Position numbers and translations under genes: made by a program
The notes under the pieces: model-generated
What the model was told of the DNA's origin: nothing
Database searches by the model: none
Seen by the model: only the letters and a program-made list of their open reading frames with translations
In this document: piece after piece, positions 12,061 through 24,003 of the stretch
Layout: every line of letters starts with the position of its first letter
How positions within the stretch are numbered: the first letter of the stretch is position 1
Assembly: GCA_001179505.1 (NCBI GenBank)
Contig: CDMY01000225.1
Span: 96,379-160,378, forward strand
Direction of reading: 5' to 3'
From: Vitrella brassicaformis CCMP3155
Taxonomy: Eukaryota > Protista > Chromerida
Length of the DNA stretch: 64,000 nt

Positions 12061-12450
12061 GGGGCGGGACCTGATATCCCGACCCCCTTGTGTGTGTCGT
12101 CACTGCGTGAACCTGGGGATGTGCCGGCCAGCCGAGCCAACACCACCACTCGTTTAGTTTCTCTCACTCTTTTCGGTCGCTGGGTCGCTCGCCATGGAAT
12201 GCGTGTGTGTGTGTGGGTGTGGTGGGTTGGTTTATGGGGCTGTCTGTGTTGTTTTGTGTGTTGGTCTGGCTGTGGCGTTCTGTGGTGTGTCTGTCGTGTC
12301 CCGTCTTCCCTTGTGCTCGTTGCGTTGCGTCGCCCAGCAGCCGGTCGTCTGGCCTTTCTGTGAGCAGTGCGGCGGTCGCAGAGTGGGGGCGGGACCTGAT
12401 ATCCCGACCGGCCGACCACAACTGCATGACACGGGATGCGCCGGTCGGTG
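12061..12450. repeat. Two copies of a non-coding element containing an exact 24-bp core
   Basis: GGGGCGGGACCTGATATCCCGACC at 12061-12084 and 12386-12409, each followed by a similar CTGC(G/A)TGA...GGGATG(T/C)GCCGG segment. Confidence 0.8.
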
Positions 12451-13506
12451 GGCAGTGTCGTCGCCCATTTGTCACAGTCACGTCTGTTTTTCTTTGCCGG
12501 CCAGTCGGGTACATACTACGTGCCGACATCGACCCATCATTGCCTGACATATTTTTGGTAATAATGCACTCACTCCGTGCTGACTCTCTCCGATGTCCGT
12601 GTACGATGCAGCGCTCTGCAGACCCACACAGACACAGACACACATACCTGATGAGTCCACGGCAGGCAAGACAGCTGGAGAGGCGGCCTCTCTCCCTCCC
12701 TCGCTGCAGTCTGCTTCTTACCCCTCCCGGATTTCGTGCTGCTGTAGTGTTTGATTAGGTTGCTGTGCTGGTTGGTATCTGATTGCTGTGTGTGTAACTG
12801 AACTGGTAGCCCAGCTAAGTGCCCTCGATGAGTGCATTTCCACGTTCGTCAGTCAGCCAGCCAGCCAACCGCACAGACACGCATCAGACCTTCTCTGGCT
12901 AGCCAGATAGCTAGTCTTGGCTCCATCGAGAAGGTCGGGATACGTCCACACCACCACCTCGTCTCATTTGCCTCCTTCGTTTTCCTCATCGTTTCTTCGT
13001 CGCTGGGAACTCACCAGCTGGGGCTCATTTGTGGGAGGGAGGGATCTCATGGAGGGAATTCTGTCGTTTCTTTTCGTCTGGAAGATGACTGTTGGTCCTC
13101 GGTCATTCTCATTGTCGGTTGCGTGTTCAGCGAGGAATGGTCATGAGCTCGACTTGTGTGACCCACTCTTTGCTTCAACCATCAAATTAAAGTCAACAGT
13201 TCGTTGGATTATCCGTCGCTCACTGCAACGGGTTTGCTGTTCGCTTCGACAAACCATCATATGCTCACGGCGTTCGTCTCAGTAAGCATCATGCACTCAC
13301 CCTCACAAACCAGAGCACGAAAAGTGTAGAGGGCCGAGTCGCATTGGTATAGGAGGTGCTATGAGATGGATGTTTCATAGCATTGATTCATGTCTCAAGG
13401 TTCGCCAAATGGTGCCTCCCGCTTATCTGTGACCAGTACTGTATGAGTCTGGAAGGTAAATGGCGTCACACAGACTGAGGCACGTCGGCAATTGGTGTTT
13501 TCATGT

Positions 13507-16500
13507 TCATTTGAGCTTCGCCTTGATCTCTTTGATGTGCTCCTCCATCCTTGCCTCCATCTCCGTCAATCGCTTCTCGATCTGTGAATGCCGGGCGTCG
13601 TGTTGTCTCTCCATCGATTCCAATGCTGCATCAATACAAACAAGAGAAAAGGGAGAAGTCAATATAGATTGCTTTGTCGCCTTCGGCATGAAACGCCTTA
13701 TGCCTGCCTATAGGCCCTGTCTCACCTGCCATGACGTCAGGGAAGTTAGAATTGTGATGATCCGCGGCCTCAATCCACTTGTCGATGCGGTCCTTGAATT
13801 TGATCCCTGCTTCGCGCATGTCATCAGCCATCTCCGGACTGTCAGTGTCAGTTTCCGTGGCGTCAGAAGAAAACAGCCCCTGCCGAGCGAACATTCCATA
13901 GAAACGAGACGAGGTCATTGATTCTCTCATTTGACGTGTCTTTTGACCCTCACTCGCTGGGCGTATTGGCACAGAAGAAGAACGGGCATTAGGAGGATGG
14001 CAAGGGGTACGCACAGTACCAGCCCAAAGTCTCTCTCCCGTATCACTTGTGGAAGACGCTCAGTCAGCAGTCTGTAGATGGTCACGGGTGTGAAGGCCAC
14101 GACAAGCAGGAGTCCGTCGACGGTGAGGGCCTTCATCGACCAGAAGGCAATGCGGCAGAGTGCCGACTGCTCCCGCCGTTGTTCGCTGATGAGGTTGGCG
14201 AGATATCGCAGGGGCTCCGACACGACCACAGCTGCACACACACAGGCAGATGCCCTCATGTCTCTTGTGGCACACAACTGACCGATGAGGTTGAATGGCG
14301 GCGGCAGCCTCTCGTGCCGCGGCATTGTGAGATACTTATTCAACACGCGAATCCGCAGCAGCCTGAGTAGATGAGCGGAGAGAGGGCCATTATGTGCCGC
14401 TGTCTGTCTGTCTGTCTCCCTTGTCTCTGATACTGATATTGTGCAGCCTGTGTCTCCTCGATGGCCGCATACGTCGACGCCTGATGCACACAGGAGCGTT
14501 GATCAGCCACATGGCCCACTCGACGTCTCTTGTGTGTCTCGTGTTTGTCTCACCATGATGGCGATGAGCAGGTTGAGCTATCGATGGATGCCGGCAGACA
14601 CAGAGACAGACAGACAAAGGGAGTCTTGTGTGCGTCTTGCTGAGTGTCTGAGTGGTGCCGCCGTACGAGTATGATGGAGGAGAGGATGACGTATGTGAAC
14701 AGCAGGACGGCCCCCAGCGTGTCGTGGCTCTCGATGGCGTTGGAAAGAGCCTCGTTGAAGTCGCCCTGTCCGGCAAAGAAACTGCACAACACAACAAGAC
14801 GAAGAGGGGCCGGTGTCCCCTTCCTCTGTGTGTCTTCTCAGGAGGTCCCATGCGCACAGAGTGAGTGTGGCTTTGGGGAAGGAGCCGAAGTACTGGTGGT
14901 CTTCGTCGGACGAGAGGACGGTGAAGACGCCCGCGAAGACCAGCAGGATGTAGACGTACAGACACAGAAAGATGCTGATGTCCGAAAACATCCTCACTAC
15001 CGCACTGACACACACACAGCATGAGACATCTCTCTCTGTGTGTCCGTGTGGTTCTCTCTCTCACTGACAGTATGAGTGGTCCGACGGTTGGCTGCAGGCT
15101 GGCCGTTTGGAGGAGGCGCAGCGCAAAGAGCAGCGCTATGACGATCCCTGAGCTCACTTCCGCCTCCGACGAGTAGCCTAGGAAGTGAATGGCAATAAAG
15201 GCGGCGATCGCCAGGCTTGAAGACATGTCGATAATATTCCTGCAGTGATGTATGCCATAAAGATGAGGCCGCCAGCACGGCTGCCTCTGCATTTCAGACT
15301 CCTACCATGAGTCGGCCCAGTACGCTGCCTTCAGCCGGATGCCCTGCACACACACAGAGGGGATGTCAGCGTTTCTCAGTCATATCTCCGCGATACTGTA
15401 TGTCTCACTTGGAAGGCCTCCTGAATCACGAAGCCACTGCCGGTCAGCACCGCCCCCCACAGCCACACCGACTGGCCCATCACGGCACTCTCAATCATGC
15501 TGTCTCCTCTGATAGACTCGATGTGCAGCAGCACAAACGCCACCCTGCAACACACAGAGAGGGGAGGTGCCATGCGCTCTCTCTGCCTCCATTGGAGTCC
15601 ATAGCTGCAGCCTCACATCAGCAGCATTGACAGCACGCGGGTAATACACCACGGGGTGCAAACTGAAGCGCCCCTGCTTCATATGGTGGTGGCTGCCAAT
15701 GCTTTGTGACGAGAGAGATGCAGTTGGCTGTCACAATCATTGGCAGCAGGACGACGCCATGAGCGGCCGACAGCCAAAAAGGGGGGAAGTTCTGCTGTGG
15801 GTTACCTTGAGTCACGACGGTCAGGGGCTCCGCAGATTCCAGCAGCGCAAACCACTCTCTCTCTTTGCCCTTAAGTGAGTTTCGGAACAAGGCTTCGTCT
15901 GTATCGCTGCAGAAGTTAGCCGTGAGCGCCTGAAGCGATTGGATAATCACACGCAAAAGTAGAGGACGCCGTGTGTGTGTGGAACATTTACTTCGGTCCA
16001 GCCTGCTGCCCTCTCAAAGTCACTGCACAGAAAACAAAAGGGGGAAAAAGGCGCAGACTCGCATTGTGCTCCGATTCTCTGTCCATCTCACTCTGTGAGG
16101 GAGTCATTCCGCCGAGTCTTGATCAATCGGCGGAAGGTAGAGCACCACCTGAGACTGTCGACGCCCGGCGAATCACATCGTCGCACGTACTGTCCTAAGC
16201 CGTATTTCGCGTAGGGAACCGCTTTGGGAAGGAGCTCTGGATCCTTCAGCACGTGGCTGAGTTCCTCCTCATCTTCCCCGAGCAGCTCCATGGTCAACTC
16301 TCCAGCTGCGGCAAGCATCGCACCGACGACTTCCTTTCGGTAAAGGGCACGGTCGAGAGGCGTCTTTCCGTCCTGTAACAGTCATGAAGATGGACGACAC
16401 GCAACTTGATATGTGCAGCACATCTTACTTCGTCTTTGATATTCAACAGCTGTGGGTCCACCCTCACCATCGCCTCCACCACATCAACTTCGCCATAGTC

Positions 16501-17640
16501 TGCAGGAGAGCACAAAGAGACACGTTGAAGACTCATGCACTCGTGTGGCTGTCATTTGCAGGAGTCACTGACTTGCTGCATCATGAAGAGGCGTCCGGCC
16601 AAGCTACAGACACAGCATGAAGAAGACACATGCTGTTCAATGCACCGGTTGACATTCCCTCGTCCTTACGGGGTCCCGAGCTTCCAGCAGCTCCTTGCCG
16701 CCCCACTCGATAAACTTCTCCACAACACCAACTGACCCTGCGAGTGCTGCAAAATGGAGAGGCGTCTCACCACGATACAGACACAGCATGGAGGCAGCAG
16801 TGAAGACAGCTGTCGGTAATGAACAGAATGAGTGTAATTGTCGAGAACGATACCTTGTTTTTCAGGTTGAGCAGGTGGCGTCGGTTGTGCAGCAGCACCT
16901 CAAACACCGCCAGATCTGAACACCACCCTGAGAAGCACAAACAGGGGCCACACAGATGCATCATGTGTGTGTGCAGTGGTGCGACGAGGCGTACGTGCGG
17001 CGTGATGGATGGCAGAGCCCCCATATTCCCACTTTCCAGTTGTCAGCGCTTTCTCGGCTTGCTCAGGCGACAGACCGGCGAGGGCCCTCCGCAGGCCCTC
17101 CGCGTCTGAATGATCGATGGCCCACGAGATGCTGTCTTTCAGTGCGTCCGTCGGTTCCCAATCGTCGGCGGCCGGGGCACCCACCAAGGGAACCTGCAGA
17201 TGACACACAGACGTCCGAGAGGCCTCAGAGTCGACTGACACCAACACACCTGCTCGAAGCGTCTCGGTGCCTTGGTGATGTCATCGGTGACGTCAGGCAG
17301 CTGGGGCTCCATCAGCCCTTGGCCATCGTCCAGCAGCAGAGGAATGTGCTCACTCGAGGCCGACGCCATCTGCAGTGGACAGACAGACGCACACAGACAC
17401 CACTCGTCAGAGGCCGCCGCTGGCCATTGTGCAACAAGGGCATTGCAGGGTGACCTTGGGATGGTCTGTCTGTGTGTGGTGCACGGCCTGCTGTGCGGCA
17501 GCATCGCCCTCGTCGACTCTCGGCAGCTGGATGTAGCACGCCTCATCAACACCACTGGGGCGGCTGTGGCCGTCTCTCACACCGTCGCCCTCCCGGCCCT
17601 GCAGACGGGGGCTGCGCTGCGTGTGCAGCAAACCCCACAT
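13507..17640 (-). pseudogene. Ankyrin/TRP-like cation channel, copy 2 (frameshifted just before S1)
   Basis: Full exon set from MWGLLHTQRS through the ankyrin repeats, the six TM segments and pore FFAGQGDF to IKEIKAKLK*. A 4-nt deletion relative to copy 3 at about 15645 shifts ...APRGV into LPACCQCC*. Confidence 0.75.
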
Positions 17641-18550
17641 CTTCGCCGCACGGGCTGTTTGAGCGCGAGACGCCCGCTAGACGCCCGCCCCCATCCGGGC
17701 CGCCCCCTGCTGCATGTGCGAGCTTCAGCCTCTTCCTGCCTTTTTTTTTCTTTGTGTGAGATTGGACAGTACACCACCAGGTGCTCACGCGAAAGTGCCG
17801 AACGTGTCACTCATCGTACATATCGAGATCCTTCCCTCCCTCCTCATATCACAATCACGTGCAACCAATCCCCCACCTGATAGACCCATCTTTGTCACTC
17901 ATCCAGTCAGTCAGTCAATCAGTCAGTCGACTCCCGGGTGGAGACGCGGGAAGAGCCCGCCGGTCGCCCCCAGGGCGAGCTCAGCCTCCAGCTTTTCGCC
18001 GCACCCGTGGGGTAGTGTGTGACTGACACATACCAACTTGGAGAGACATTCGTTAAGGGCCCATGTTGTGTTGTTTGTGTGGATTGTCCACTTGGCCGCC
18101 CTCTGTGCAGACATTCAATCATCTCCATACGACAATCAGCCGTCGCTTAGGGGAAGGATTGAAACTCATTTCCAAGGGTGGACTGGCTTCATTCCGTGGT
18201 GGACGCGCTGCTCGGCCGGCCACAGGCGTGTACTCAGCCATCCATATACAGAAAAATGCCTCTCGTGTCACCATCCGTCCAGCAGACATGCATTGCATGT
18301 GTACATCTGCGCGGCACTGTGCGAACAGGCCGCCCTCTCTCCTCCATTCCCAGACCGTCGACACACATCCATCCATCCATCTCCCCTGGCTCACACACAC
18401 ACACACACACACACACACAACGAAATGCCTCTCTCTCTCTCTCGGCATTGCTCAGCAGCAGCAAGAAATACTCTCTCAGACAGATGAGCACACCAGACAG
18501 CACCCAGACACACACACATCCATCCCTGCCTGTCAGTGTGGTCATCGTCA

Positions 18551-21500
18551 TCAGATGATGTTGAGCTCCCGAAATCTCTCGAGGAAGTATAGCCCCTTTG
18601 CGTCGTCCTTGTATCTCGCCTTGACGGCGTCATAGCCGTTCTGCGCCACATCCTTCAGCAAGCTACGCAGGGTGGGGTCCTGAACAGAATGAACAAAAAG
18701 GGACATACACACACGCACACACACACACACACACACAGCCACGGATGTTTGTGCGTATGGGTGGCAGGTCTTTGCGGCCGGCCGCTTACCTGTAGAGATT
18801 TCGCTAGGAACTTTTGTCCCGCCGAGTCGCCCACTGTCCTGTCGACGAATTTCTTCAAATCGGCGTCGGTCTCCTTGGCAATAAGCTCCTCGGGGCTGGG
18901 GGTGGGCGAGGGCTTCTCGCCCTCCTCTCGCACATTGATCTGCTCCCTTTGTTGCTGCTGGTCGCCCCCCTCCTCTGTGAAGATGTTGATCTGCCGGCCG
19001 CCCGGCTGCTGCATGCCGCCCATTGGGCCGCCCCGCACGATGCCGCCACTGAGGGAGCCGAACGGCCACGAATCGCCGAAAAACTCCTGATGTGATAGAA
19101 ACAAAGGGAGAGATGGGTGTGTGTTGGTGGCTGGCGTGTCATTGGCTGTGTGGTTGGGAACCTCGAATATTCTGTCGAATGGTGAGTCGAAGAGGGAGAC
19201 GAGACCGGAGCTGTCAGAGTCTGACATGCACACACACACACACACACACACATGTCATGAGCCGCGTGTGGGTGTCCATGTGTCCTTTTGTGGCTTGCTT
19301 ACATCCCATTGGGGACTCTTGAACGACGTCGGGCTGACCACACACACACAATACAGCAGACACACACGATCATCCATCCATCCATCCATCCGTGAATTCT
19401 CAGTGGACGGCTTTTACCCGTCTCCTTTGTGGTTGTCCCTTTGGTTTGCCGAAGACCCTTGCGTAGGCCAGCCGGTTGATGAGCTCCCGCTCGACGGTGC
19501 AGTCCTGATAATCCACCTGGCGGACACCACAGCACACAGACAGACAGCAGCAGAGTGTGGGGTCGTTCCATCCCTCCCTCCCTCCATCCCTCCCTCTGTC
19601 TCTGTGTACCCCTCTTTCGTCGAGCTCTCGCTTGTACTCCTCAAGCTTCAGTGGCTGAGGGATGGATGCGTGGATGACACAACACACCGGACGGCAGTGA
19701 AGGTGTACATGTGTCGTGTGTGTGTGTGTGTGTGTGGTGACCTTGTCTGCTTCCGGCACTTTGTCGAACTCAAGCTGACGAGAGCACACGAAGGGAGGCG
19801 GGATGAATGCGTCAGAGTGTGTGGCCGGATTTGCCTGACTGATGGCCCGCCTCGCCTCGCCTCGCCCACCTTGATTCTCCTGGCCTCGTCTGAGTAGTTG
19901 GTGATGCTCATCGTCCCCTCGTTCTTCGACCTGTGTGCACACACACACACAAATGGATGGATGGATGGATTGCCTGTGTCCTCGTTCGTTCTTACTTTTT
20001 CCTCTCCCCGGTTGGTTTGCCCTGTAATGACACCTCATACCTAGCGTACTCACGTATCAACTCTACACACACACATACACACACACACACACAAAGACAG
20101 AGGGAGAGTGAGGCGGCCATGTGAGCCGGTTCAGTGTGCGCTGCCCACGCACCAGATGCCTTAGTGAACTGTTTGTCCATTCCGCTCTCCGCCAGTTTGG
20201 TGGCCATGCTCTCAATCATGGCGCGCTTCCCCCGCTCGTCAAGAGACCGGAACTGGCCAGACCACAGACAGACAGACAGCACACAAGACACATGAACACA
20301 TGTGCATGAGTGCAGCCCGTCAGTGCAGGTGTGTCTGTGTCTGTGCGTACCTCGTTTGTCAGCCGCTCCACGGCTGCGTTCATGCGTTCCGCTGTGGGGT
20401 CCTGCAATAAATACACAGATGAAGATATGCATCAGCCAACGAGGGCTCCCCTGATCTCATGTGAGTGCAATGCTTACTGGGGGCGCCTTCTCCTCCTGCT
20501 CCTTCTTGACCACCGCAGCCCCACGCACACGCGTCTGACCAAAGCAGCTCACACACACCACACACGTGCACATGGATAGGCCATGTTGTCGTGTCATCGC
20601 TACCTCAGCGACTCTCCGTATGAGTTCGTCGGTGCTCCTGCAGTCCTTGTAGGAGACCCCCGCTGTCTTGAGCTCATCCTGCAGCTCCGAGAACTTGACG
20701 GCCCGCTGAGCGAGCTTCTGCTGCATAGACTGGAACTCCACCTGGATGCGCTCCCTGATTGACGAATTGGCCAACACATTGCATATATACGACGTTTTTG
20801 TGGCCGGTGGGTTGTGCGACTGCTCACTTGGTTTCGGCGTCTTGTTGTGCGGCTGCCGTGTCAGCCGCCTTGGTGTCCATGTCAGCTGTGGAGGTGGAGA
20901 TCGATGACACTGAGATCGGCACATCTGGAAAGAAAACCGACATTGCAGTGACAGTGACAGTGACGGCGGCGGTTTCTCCTCCTGCCTTGTGTGTCACCTT
21001 TCTTTTTCTCGGCGATTGGTGCTCTCAGCAGCGACAGTGTCTGGTCCTCAAAGTTCAGCAGCAGCCGACCAGCCTGCACACACAGGCGCAATGACGTGTG
21101 TTGTGGCATCTCGGCTCGTTAGTCCATTCTTACGCCCAGCACATCCAGGCCGAGCAGCATCGCAGGTTTGTCCGCCAAGCCAGCACGAGCAAACCAGGGG
21201 AAATCAGCCACATTCAGCTTCACATCCTGCAACACAGCAGACAAACAAAGGACAGAGAAGAAAGCAATCCGTGTCACCATCCTCCTCGCCATTCCTCCCC
21301 CCTCCCCTAGATCACCCACCCTCTTGAAGGCCTTGAGCGCCCCGTCGGTGCCCTTGACGCCACACAGCGGAAAGGCCGCCCTGTCGACCTCAATCGGTGC
21401 CCCGTCAATGCCGGTGGCCTTCATAACGCCCCGCTGCACGCCCTCGGCCTCCCTGTCGATGCCCACACTCCTCGCCGCAGGCCAGTTGACGATCGAGTAG

Positions 21501-22516
21501 GTTGAGCCGAGGTCCAACACGGCCGTGACGGGCGCTTCCTGCTCTGACAGGGCACCGTCGATGGCGAGGAGGGGCCCGGGGAGGGAGCTGACGGGCGTGG
21601 CGATGAGGGAGAGGTCCTTGCGATCGGCCGCTGCCTCTTGCAGGGCAGCCTGTCAGTGAATGAATGAGTGAAGGGGGCAAGGCAGATGTGGCCTCTGGTG
21701 TCGTGTCGTGGTGTGGCGTGGGTCAGTGGTTACCTTTGCGGCAGCGGCCTGTCCCTTGGGGTAGAGCTTGATCTTCCCCTCCAGAAAGTCCACATCAATG
21801 GCTCCGAACTGCGATAGGAAATCCAAACCCAATAAACCTGCACACAATCACACCATACCGACACACACGCTTGCACAGCTGCGCAACTGTTTGCCCTCCT
21901 CCCCTCCCTCTCCTGATGCCGCACCTGCCACGCCAGCAGGCAGCACTCCCGCTTGTGTGAGTACGGCCGCATCGAGGCTGACCTCCATGCCTCCCTCGGC
22001 GCCTCCCCCCACACGCACCCCCTCCACCCGCGCCACGCCCGTCTTGACGGGCAGCCCGGCAGCCGTGTAGGTCTCCCTGTCCTGCTCCTTCAGCGCCGCT
22101 CCCAGGGAGCTCACTGTGTCGCTCGTCAAGATTGACTGAGTGGAGCCCGTGTCGACCAGAAACCGCAGGTACTCCCCGTTGAGAAAGAGCTCGGTCGCCA
22201 GGTACTCCTTGGGCACTGACTCGGTGCCCCGCATCCGCCGGAATGGCAGCTGGAAGGCCTCGGTCTGTGTGGCCACCGCTGAACAGACGAGCCGTGTTGA
22301 CGACCGGCTTCGAAGGGGTGTTGGCAGGGCGGCTCTTCTGCATCGGAGGGAGAGTGCGGGGAAGGGCGAGTGGAGGAAGGCGGGGGACAGATGTCCGTGG
22401 TGGACATGGACATCGGTGCGATGAATGGCGATTGATGGGAGGACGGCAAAGGGAATCAGGAGGGCAGCAGCCAGCTGTGCATGGCAGCGGTGCCTCCTCT
22501 CACGTGGATCTGGCAT
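18551..22516 (-). CDS. Putative plastid-targeted tandem retropepsin-like aspartic protease with helical repeats and STI1-like C-terminus
   Basis: FLVDTGSTQSIL...GLLGLDFLSQF and VLDLGSTYSIV...MLLGLDVLG. All GT-AG junctions are phase-consistent through to QDPTLRSLLKDVAQNGYDAVKARYKDD...ELNII*. The N-terminus has a hydrophobic stretch, an SPAF motif and an R/S-rich leader. Confidence 0.8.
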
Positions 22517-22837
22517 GGCGGACAGCAGTCTTGTCAGCAGACAGAACCAATGAAAGAGATCAGGATTCGGGAAGGTCGAATCAAGAGATCTGGCAGATGA
22601 TGCTGCTCGCTGCTGTACTCAAGACACTTCAGAGGGGAGAACAGCGGACCAGCGGCGCGTGCGAGCTCGGATGAGGTGAACGATCCGCAGTCCTGTCGCT
22701 GAATGAATGCGGGGAAGCACAGTAAGCGTACGAATCAACCATCTGACGCCTTATACGTCATTCTACCCTGCGCCTTTGATTGATTGCAGGTGATTTGCTG
22801 CGACAGGTGACTCATTTCCTCTCCATTGTGCGTGGTG

Positions 22838-23569
22838 ATGCAAGGTGTCCCTCTCGTCGCTCAGGAGGACGACAGCCAACACGAAACGCAGCCCTATGAG
22901 ATCCGACACCCCCCTGCGCCCTTCGCCGACGCCGCACGAGATGCCGCCCGGCCAGAAGCGGCAGACAGCGGCACCAATAGTGACACCGTTCCGGACCGGC
23001 GGTCACGAGATGGCACGTCTGAGCGGCGGAAACGACAGAGATGTAGTGGAGAGGGGGAGAATGATGCTCATGAGGAGGCCGCCTGCATCGACCTGACTGG
23101 CGATGGAGGAGAGGGCGGGCGGCTTGCTTGCGGTGAGGAGAGTGGGGCTGCCTCTGCAGTACCAGCAGCAGCAGCAGCAGCAGCGCAAGAGGCGGAGCAT
23201 GAGGGCGACGGCGAGGGCGATGGCGACAGTCAGAAGTCATCCGACACGCTGGACTCTCTGCAACTGCTGGAGCTCCTGAGGAAGGTCAAGCGGAGAAGAC
23301 GCGACAGAGTCGTTCCATCTGGTGCACAACACGCCACCTCAGCTCAGCCTGCCGCCGCCGCTGCTGCCGCACATGCCAGTGTGGCTATAGGAGCTGGGAC
23401 TGCAGCAGCCGAGGGTGGCCACGGCAGCTTGATGCCGAGCGGCAACGAGGATGGGCTCTTGTCGCTTCTGAGCGGCGGTGTGGACGCAGCCCCTCCCCGG
23501 CTGGAGACGCTGCACAAGGAGGGCTGTGACGGAGAGGGCGGGCAGGGAGGGGATGGTGCAGGGGGCTAG
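22838..23569 (+). CDS. Hypothetical low-complexity acidic/Ala-rich protein
   Basis: Single open frame of about 243 codons. It may instead be an upstream exon of the Skp1-fusion gene. Confidence 0.4.
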   Translation: MQGVPLVAQEDDSQHETQPYEIRHPPAPFADAARDAARPEAADSGTNSDTVPDRRSRDGTSERRKRQRCSGEGENDAHEEAACIDLTGDGGEGGRLACGEESGAASAVPAAAAAAAQEAEHEGDGEGDGDSQKSSDTLDSLQLLELLRKVKRRRRDRVVPSGAQHATSAQPAAAAAAAHASVAIGAGTAAAEGGHGSLMPSGNEDGLLSLLSGGVDAAPPRLETLHKEGCDGEGGQGGDGAGG

Positions 23570-24003
23570 AATGTCAGTGCTGGATGAGGATGCGTAGATC
23601 TGCGTGGGACATCTGTAGAGATGAGTGCGTGTCGGGACCATGGGAACGGCGAGAAGCAGAGAGGGACGGGTGTGATGAACTGCGAGATACCTGTTTTCAA
23701 CTCGTGTGCCGTGTCCATCCCCTTCTAGCAATGGGATAGAGACGCTCCCCGTTCTCCTGTCCGCCGGATCGCCCAGAGGGTTCGGCGAAAGGCCACGGCT
23801 CCGCGGCGTCAGCAAGGCCTGCTGCACACTCCCCAGCTCCTGGCATGACGCTGCGGCTGCAGGCCGCGGGAGGGGAGGTAGCGGTGGACAGAAGGGCGGC
23901 ATGTATGTCGGGACTTGTACAGAGCTTGGCGGAAGGTGGGCAGACGCACTAGGACAGATGTCAAGAGGCAATGAAAATGGCCATGCTGCATGTCATGCAT
24001 CAG

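Noticed and set aside
18380-18445. CA, CATC, GACA and CT microsatellites throughout the window
   Set aside because: They are the general background of introns and UTRs here and are not locus-specific features.
21000-22250. Retropepsin as part of an LTR retrotransposon
   Set aside because: No gag, RT, RNase H, integrase or LTRs are visible. The gene is multi-intron, with a targeting leader and cellular-type domains.
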